64,000 bases of DNA from Octopus vulgaris (taxonomy: Eukaryota): the NCBI GenBank assembly GCA_951406725.2, contig OX597836.1:5518001-5582000 (forward strand), read 5' to 3'. The stretch's first letter is position 1, and each line of letters begins with the position of its first letter. Below, piece after piece: positions 57,951 to 64,000 of this stretch. The position numbers and the translations under genes were made by a program. The notes beneath the pieces are model-generated. The model saw only the letters and a program-made list of their open reading frames with translations. It had not been told where the DNA came from and ran no database searches.

Positions 57951-58348
57951 GGGTAAGTGGTCAGCATATAAAAATGCCTTTTAAAGTGCAAATTATAAAC
58001 AATTAATTGTATATATATATATATATAAGTAATTAAATGGAGTATATATAAGTAATAAGATGGAGTTGAACGCAGGTGTTATTCAAATTCTTTTACTTTC
58101 GACATATGTTTTGAAAACTACATTTGTTTTATTGTCTTCGAAACATGTCGACAGTAAAAGAATTTGAATAACATCTGCGTTCAACTCCATTTATTTACTT
58201 TACTATACAAATTACTGCACATTAACCCGGAGTTTCTACCTTGGAATAGGTCGCTACATCCTTGTTACTTGCGTGACTTTTGCTACCCTGGTAACTGTTT
58301 ATTGAATTTTTCCATGTTAACTGGAAACAAAGGATAATTCATTCATCC

Positions 58349-58384
<36 letters not shown>

Positions 58385-58496
58385 CTTTTTGTATTTATAT
58401 TCGTGTGGCATCGTCGGTTTTTCTGTCCCTGTTTCGTATACATTCGATACTTTTTCCAAGAAATCTAATGCTCGTAGCTTAGTTTTTCCTTGGGGC

Positions 58497-58576
58497 TGGC
58501 CGGATCGGAGCGATCTCAAGATTAATCAGCCGAAATTGCGAGGATGATCCGGTTATTGACTGAAGATTGAAGGCTT
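58497..58576 (+). ncRNA. Candidate non-circularly permuted hammerhead, second sequence family
   Basis: tggccggatc-gga-GCGAT-C-TCAAGA-ttaatcagcc-GAAA-TTGC-gaggat-gatccggt-TATTGA-CTGAAGA-ttgaaggct. Confidence 0.55.
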
Positions 58577-58649
58577 CGAATGTTCCGTCCGTTTTTTTTG
58601 TATCGTCTTCTAAATGTTTTGCCTTCTTGTCCCAGTTTGTATTTTTTAC

Positions 58650-58679
<30 letters not shown>

Positions 58680-58691
<12 letters not shown>

Positions 58692-59122
58692 CGGCAGTTT
58701 GTCTGTCTGTGTGTCTGTCAGGTTGTACCCTACCCTACCACGGCTTTCAACCAATTCTGATGAAACTTGACACACACATATGTCATAATTCAAAACTAAC
58801 GCAGCGAAAATTTTGAAAAGTTCCCCAGTTCTGAAAAATCGATAAATTCGACATGGGGTCGAGAATCTAAGCTTTTTATATGCAACACATTTTCTGGACT
58901 GTACGTGGGCTGTTCACGCATTGGGAGGCGCAATGATGTTTTCATGTTTTCGCCCAAAGGGACAGCTAGGAACATCGTATACACAGAAGTATTTGAGTGA
59001 AGAGAAGACATTGCAACCTACACATGCGCCTTCGTTCCCTAGAGGGAAAGGACTAGATTGGGATTAGTCCTTGCCTACTAGGGGCTCTTACATACCCGGG
59101 CAATGCCGGGCTATGCTGCTAG
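58680..59122 (+). mobile_element. Non-autonomous Helitron
   Basis: 5' tatataacggcagtttgtctgtctgt...ccaattctgatgaaacttg; 3' hairpin cccgggcaatgccggg then CTAG|T. Confidence 0.8.
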
Positions 59123-59361
59123 TATATATATATATATATATACACGGTCGGTGTCTATCCCAAGATGCCAAGCAGTCGGGTTGATCTGAGAACCGATGTG
59201 GTTGGGAAACAAGCATCTAATCACGCCTACGCTTAAAACATTTCATCCCCAAGAGAAGTATTATTATCCATTGAATCTTCAAAGTTTTTTCCAGTTTCTG
59301 CATCATCATCATCATCATCATCATCATCCGCATCATCATCAACATCATCATCATCATCAGC

Positions 59362-59392
<31 letters not shown>

Positions 59393-59781
59393 GCAACGTA
59401 ATCATCAAACTGATTAAGGCAGTTTGAAAGAAGAAAAAAAATTATAAAATGAATTTTAAAAAATATAAATAAAATGAATATTTAACATGATTATCTTGGA
59501 GACGATTTTGCGGTTTCTATTTATAATTTTATAAAATTATTTTATTACAATCATTATACTAATTTTATGCGTCTTAGAAAAGAAAATTAAGAGAAATATA
59601 ATGAACCGCTTTAAGTTTTTTTTTTTCATTTGTTGTTTATGTTATTGTTATTGCTATTTAAATCTAGTTTAACACTCACTGAACACATTTATGATCAATA
59701 CTATTCCAGCCGTGGCTATCACGTAATTTCTTTCTTTTTTTTTTTTTGTATTTTGTATTTTTCTACTTGTTTCGGTAATTA

Positions 59782-60097
59782 GGCGTGTGGCTTAATGTTT
59801 AGGTGTATTTGCCTCAGGATCATCAGGGTGTGAGTTCGATTCCCACCGGTATATTGTGTCCTTGAGCAAGGCTCGTTATTTCACCTTGCTCGGCTCACCC
59901 AGCTGGTAAAAATGAGTAGTACCTGTAATTCGATGGGGCAGCCTTGTCCCACAGTGTGGCGCTGAACCTTCCTAAGAACTACGTTAAGGGTTCACATGTC
60001 TGTGAACCGCTCAGTAACCTGGACGTCAATTTCCCGAGCAGGCTCTTCCGGTGAACGGATCAACTGGAACACTCATCGTCGTAAACGACGGAGGGCC
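59782..60097 (+). mobile_element. tRNA-derived SINE family 4
   Basis: ggcgtgtggcttaatg...gagttcgattcc...tgtgtccttgagcaag...gaactacgttaaggg...catcgtcgtaaacgacggag. Confidence 0.85.
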
Positions 60098-60149
60098 AGG
60101 TAGGTCAGTTATTAGCCGATGGCCATGCTGGGATAACACCTTGAATGTG

Positions 60150-60809
60150 GTCGGAAATGAGGTAAAGGATGACTCGTCCGAGAAAATAACATTCTTCCCC
60201 TGCTCTAGGGACCAGTTCTGTAGGTTTTTACTCCACTGTAAATGCTTTGCAACGTTTGTTTTCTGATTGCAGCCCTCCTGTGAAATCCGGCTTTGTGCAG
60301 CTCTCGACCAACAGTTTTTGTGGAAACTGTGTTCTCCAGATGGTCATTAAGCTCTCCAGTAATTTTGGGAGCTGTACTTTTGTGATCCTTTCTAAGAATT
60401 CGCGTAAGTGTCCGGCGGTCTCTATCTGAAAGTTTTGGTTTTCTTCCGGAGTTTTGTTTCGACAAGGAAGCTTTTTCCCTCTTTCTCAGGGGCTGTCATT
60501 AATTTCGAGACAGTACGTCTTGATACACCAAACATTTCGGCTGTTTTCGTTACGCTAGCGCCTGCCATACGAGTACCAACAACTTGATCTCTTTGAAAGT
60601 CCGATAGGTCTGTCATTTTAATGAATTTTATTTACCGTTTTTTGATGATATCTGAAAAGAAACAGCAATTTTAGGAAAACATATTAGGCTACACTAATAA
60701 TAAATTTGAATAACAATAAAAATAAACAAGCGTTTGACGGTTTTATAGATATTTCCAAATTATGATGCTATGATGCTAAGTGTTTCCACTATTTTATCCA
60801 ACCACTGTA
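60150..60809 (-). mobile_element. Tc1 element 5' half (left TIR, paired-like HTH, first catalytic D)
   Basis: TA|CAGTGG terminus at 60807; MTDLSDFQR..VVG...TAEMFGVSRRTVSK...SGRKPKLSDRDRR...VIFSDES, frameshifted. Confidence 0.92.
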
Positions 60810-60894
60810 TGTATATACATATATATGTTTTTTATAAACTTATTTTAGCATTTTCTAACTTGATTCTTTTTTACATATATATATAGGGGGGGGG

Positions 60895-61059
60895 AATTCA
60901 AGAAAAAAATAGAAGACGAAGACAGGAGGTGTCGAAAACAAACAGATGTATTAGTATAACACTCGGGAATTGAAAAAGTCTTCAACGTTTCGAGTCTACG
61001 CTCTTCCACAGAAAGGGACATAGAAAAAAAACAAGGAGAGAAAAATGTGTGTAGTGGCT

Positions 61060-61065
<6 letters not shown>
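60895..61065 (-). mobile_element. Short (TA)n-associated element with a minimal hammerhead relic (copies also at about 37285-37400 and 43845-44030)
   Basis: Shared agagcgtag.ctc..aac.t..aagact core in three copies. Confidence 0.7.
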
Positions 61066-61099
<34 letters not shown>

Positions 61100-61422
61100 T
61101 TGTGTGTGCGTTTGCATGTGCGTAAATATGAGCGGGTATCAATGTGCATTCGTGTAGGCGTGTATGTGTATGTATATGAAGGTGCGTGTAAAGATGTGTG
61201 CGTGTGTATGTGTGTAGGCCAGTGTGTTAATAAGTGTGCGCATGTGTATATGTGTACGTGTGTGTATACGTCTGTATGTATAAGCGCGTGTCTATGTGCA
61301 TGTATGTGTAGGTCTGCCTGTCTATAAGTGTATGCGTGTATGTTTGTGCAGAAGAGCGTGTGTACGCATATTTTTGTAAGAACGTGTGTATAAGTGTGTG
61401 CCTATATATATATATATATGCG

Positions 61423-61471
<49 letters not shown>

Positions 61472-61566
61472 ATGTATGTAGATGTGTGTGCGTATGTCTA
61501 TGTGTGAGCGAGTATATATGTGTATAAGTGCCTGTATATAAGTATATGCATAGGAGCAAACGCGTT

Positions 61567-61663
<97 letters not shown>

Positions 61664-62006
61664 GTGTTTATGTATCTGCTCTTCATCATGGAACTAAGTG
61701 AAACCTGACACATGGCTTCCTGCAGAGTATTAGATATTTTTCTTCACTAATTAATCCAATTAATTAAGAGGATCTAACGAAGAATTGACAATAAACTAAA
61801 AAAAATGATGAATGAATAAATAATAGCGGAGTCTTGGAAATTTCTGGAAGTATGTTTGTTTTGTTTTTTTTATCTTGGGTTTTCTTATCTGGTTATTTAC
61901 CTCGCTTCTATTTGATACTTCAACGCGTGGCTGAAGTCAACAATGGTTTAACGTACGTGCTTGAGTGTTTATATGTGTGTGTGTACATATGTGTGTGTGT
62001 GTGTAC

Positions 62007-62042
<36 letters not shown>

Positions 62043-62046
<4 letters not shown>

Positions 62047-62198
62047 GAGTGGATGTGTAGTGAGAAGCTGGCTTCCTAACCACATGGTTCCAGGTTCAGT
62101 TCCACTGCGTGGCAACTTGGACATGTGTTTGCTACTCTAGCCTCAAGACGACAAAAGCATTGTGAGCGGATTTTGTAGACGGAAACTGAAAGAAGCCC
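62043..62198 (+). mobile_element. SINE family 1, 5' half
   Basis: gcaggagtggatgtg...aaccacatggttcc.ggttcagt...gtagacggaaactgaaagaagccc. Confidence 0.85.
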
Positions 62199-62360
62199 AT
62201 AACTGAAGAGATGGTGGTGTGGATTTCCACCTCGGCATCCGAAATTCAGAGTTTTATCTTGGCTACCGAATAATTGTCACGTATTACATTTACAGATAAA
62301 TTTCCTCTATTTACATAATATTGAGGTCTCTTCCATTCTTTTGTTATCTTACCGTTTTTA

Positions 62361-62448
<88 letters not shown>

Positions 62449-62472
62449 TGTGTGTTTGTGTGTGTGCGTATA

Positions 62473-62685
62473 TGAGGAGCTGACAGAATCGTTAGCACGC
62501 CAGGAAAATGCTTTGTGCTATTTCGTCTGTCTTTACGTTCTGAGTTCAAATTCCGCCGAGGTCGACTTTGCCTTTCATCCTTTCGGGGTCGATAATTAAG
62601 TACCAGTTTCGTACTGGGGTTGATCTAATCGACTGGCCTCTTCCCCAAAAATGTTCGTCCTTGTAACTAGAGTAGAAAGAATACT
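62473..62685 (+). mobile_element. SINE family 2, full length
   Basis: gagctgacagaatcgttagc...gagttcaaattccgccgaggtcgactttgcctttcatcctttcggggtcgat. Confidence 0.9.
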
Positions 62686-62856
62686 ATATTGTAATAACAA
62701 CCAAATTGGCAAAGTGTCATACCAATAGTTCAGAATCACCCAGCACCCATCGGAAAATAGACCTTAGGTGTGGTGTGATGCAGGTTCTAGCCACTGGAGG
62801 TCTTTAAATATTTAGTGATATTTCTTTACATTCTGAATTCAAATTCCACCGAGGTT

Positions 62857-63065
62857 ACTCTTTACTCTTTACTCTTTAGTCTTTTACTTGTTTCAGTCAT
62901 TTGACTGCGGCCATGCTGGAGCACCGCCTTTAGTCGAGCAAATCGACCCCAGGACTTATTCTTTGTAAGCCCAGTACTTATTCTATCGGTCTCTTTTGCC
63001 GAACCGCTAAGTGACGGGGACGTAAACACACCAGCATCGGTTGTCAAGCAATGCTAGGGGGACAA

Positions 63066-63140
<75 letters not shown>

Positions 63141-63305
63141 TACGACAGGCTTCTTTCAGTTTCCGTCTACCAAATCCACTCACAAGGCATTGGTCGGCCC
63201 GGGGCTATAGCAAAAAACACTTGCCCAAGATGCCACGCAGTGGGACTGAACCCGGAACAATGTGATTGGTAAGCAAGCTACTTACCACACAGCCACTCCT
63301 GCGCC
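62857..63305 (-). mobile_element. SINE family 1, full length
   Basis: Reverse complement of the 19774 and 57535 copies. Confidence 0.93.
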
Positions 63306-63651
63306 TTTATTTTCTTTCAGTGTCGACAAAATAAGTATCACTCACGCTCAAGGTCCCATACAATCGACTTTCTACTGCTCCAAAACTGCTGCCAAATTTC
63401 CAATCCTTTATTAGTCCTTTGGGTAGCAAGCTAGCAGAACTGTTAATGTAGCGCGGGTAAAAAATGCTTTGTATTAATTTTTGCGACTTATTTCGCCCTC
63501 AGTTCAAACTCCACCGAGATCCTTTCATCCTTTCAGTATCAATAAAAAAAAAACACAGTTTAGCACTGGAAATATAATCAACTTAGCCCCATTCTTAAAA
63601 TTTTTCATCTTGTACCGAAATTAGAAGACATTATATTATTATTCTATTTAG

Positions 63652-64000
63652 GGCAGCGGACTCGCGGTCATAGGATCGCGGTTTCGATTCCCAGACCGGG
63701 CTTTGTGAGTGTTTATTGAGCGAAAACACCTAAAGCTCCACGAGGCTCCGGCAGAGGATGGTGGTGATCCCTGCTGTACTCTTTCACCACAACTTTCTCT
63801 CACTCTTACTTCCTGTTTCTGTTGGACCTGTATTTCAAAGGGCCGGCCTTGTCACTCTCTGTGTTACGCTGAATATCCCGGAGAACTACGTTAAGGGTAC
63901 ATGTGTCTGTGGAGTGCTCAGCCACTTACACGTTAATTTCACGAGCAGGCTGTTCCGTTGATTCGGATCAACCGGAACCCTCATCGTCGTAACCGACGGA
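63652..64000 (+). mobile_element. Chimeric SINE: family 3 head with family 4 3' body
   Basis: 63652-63815 matches 55520-55680; 63826-64000 matches 59920-60090. Confidence 0.8.

Overview
AT-rich, microsatellite-dense eukaryotic DNA. It is probably an Octopus/coleoid cephalopod intron or intergenic region (inferred from the SINE types and the (TA)n/(CA)n/(TAA)n/(TAGA)n load). I find no intact protein-coding gene; almost all ORF-track entries are microsatellite or SINE translations. The window is a mosaic of decayed transposons: Tc1, mariner, a maT/rosa-like element, pogo, non-autonomous Helitrons, an RTE LINE, R4/Dong-type LINEs in (TAA)n, Penelope-like (GIY-YIG) retroelements and several tRNA-derived SINE families. 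The notable signal is RNA structure. Short elements sitting in (TA)n tracts carry many hammerhead-ribozyme cores and fold-back ends. In four places (20.8, 32.4, 47.5, 58.5 kb; two sequence-divergent families) the hammerhead strands occur in a non-circularly permuted order (cleavage strand, then GAAA strand, then CUGANGA strand), with an extra conserved helix and covarying stems. All structure calls were made by eye and are untested.
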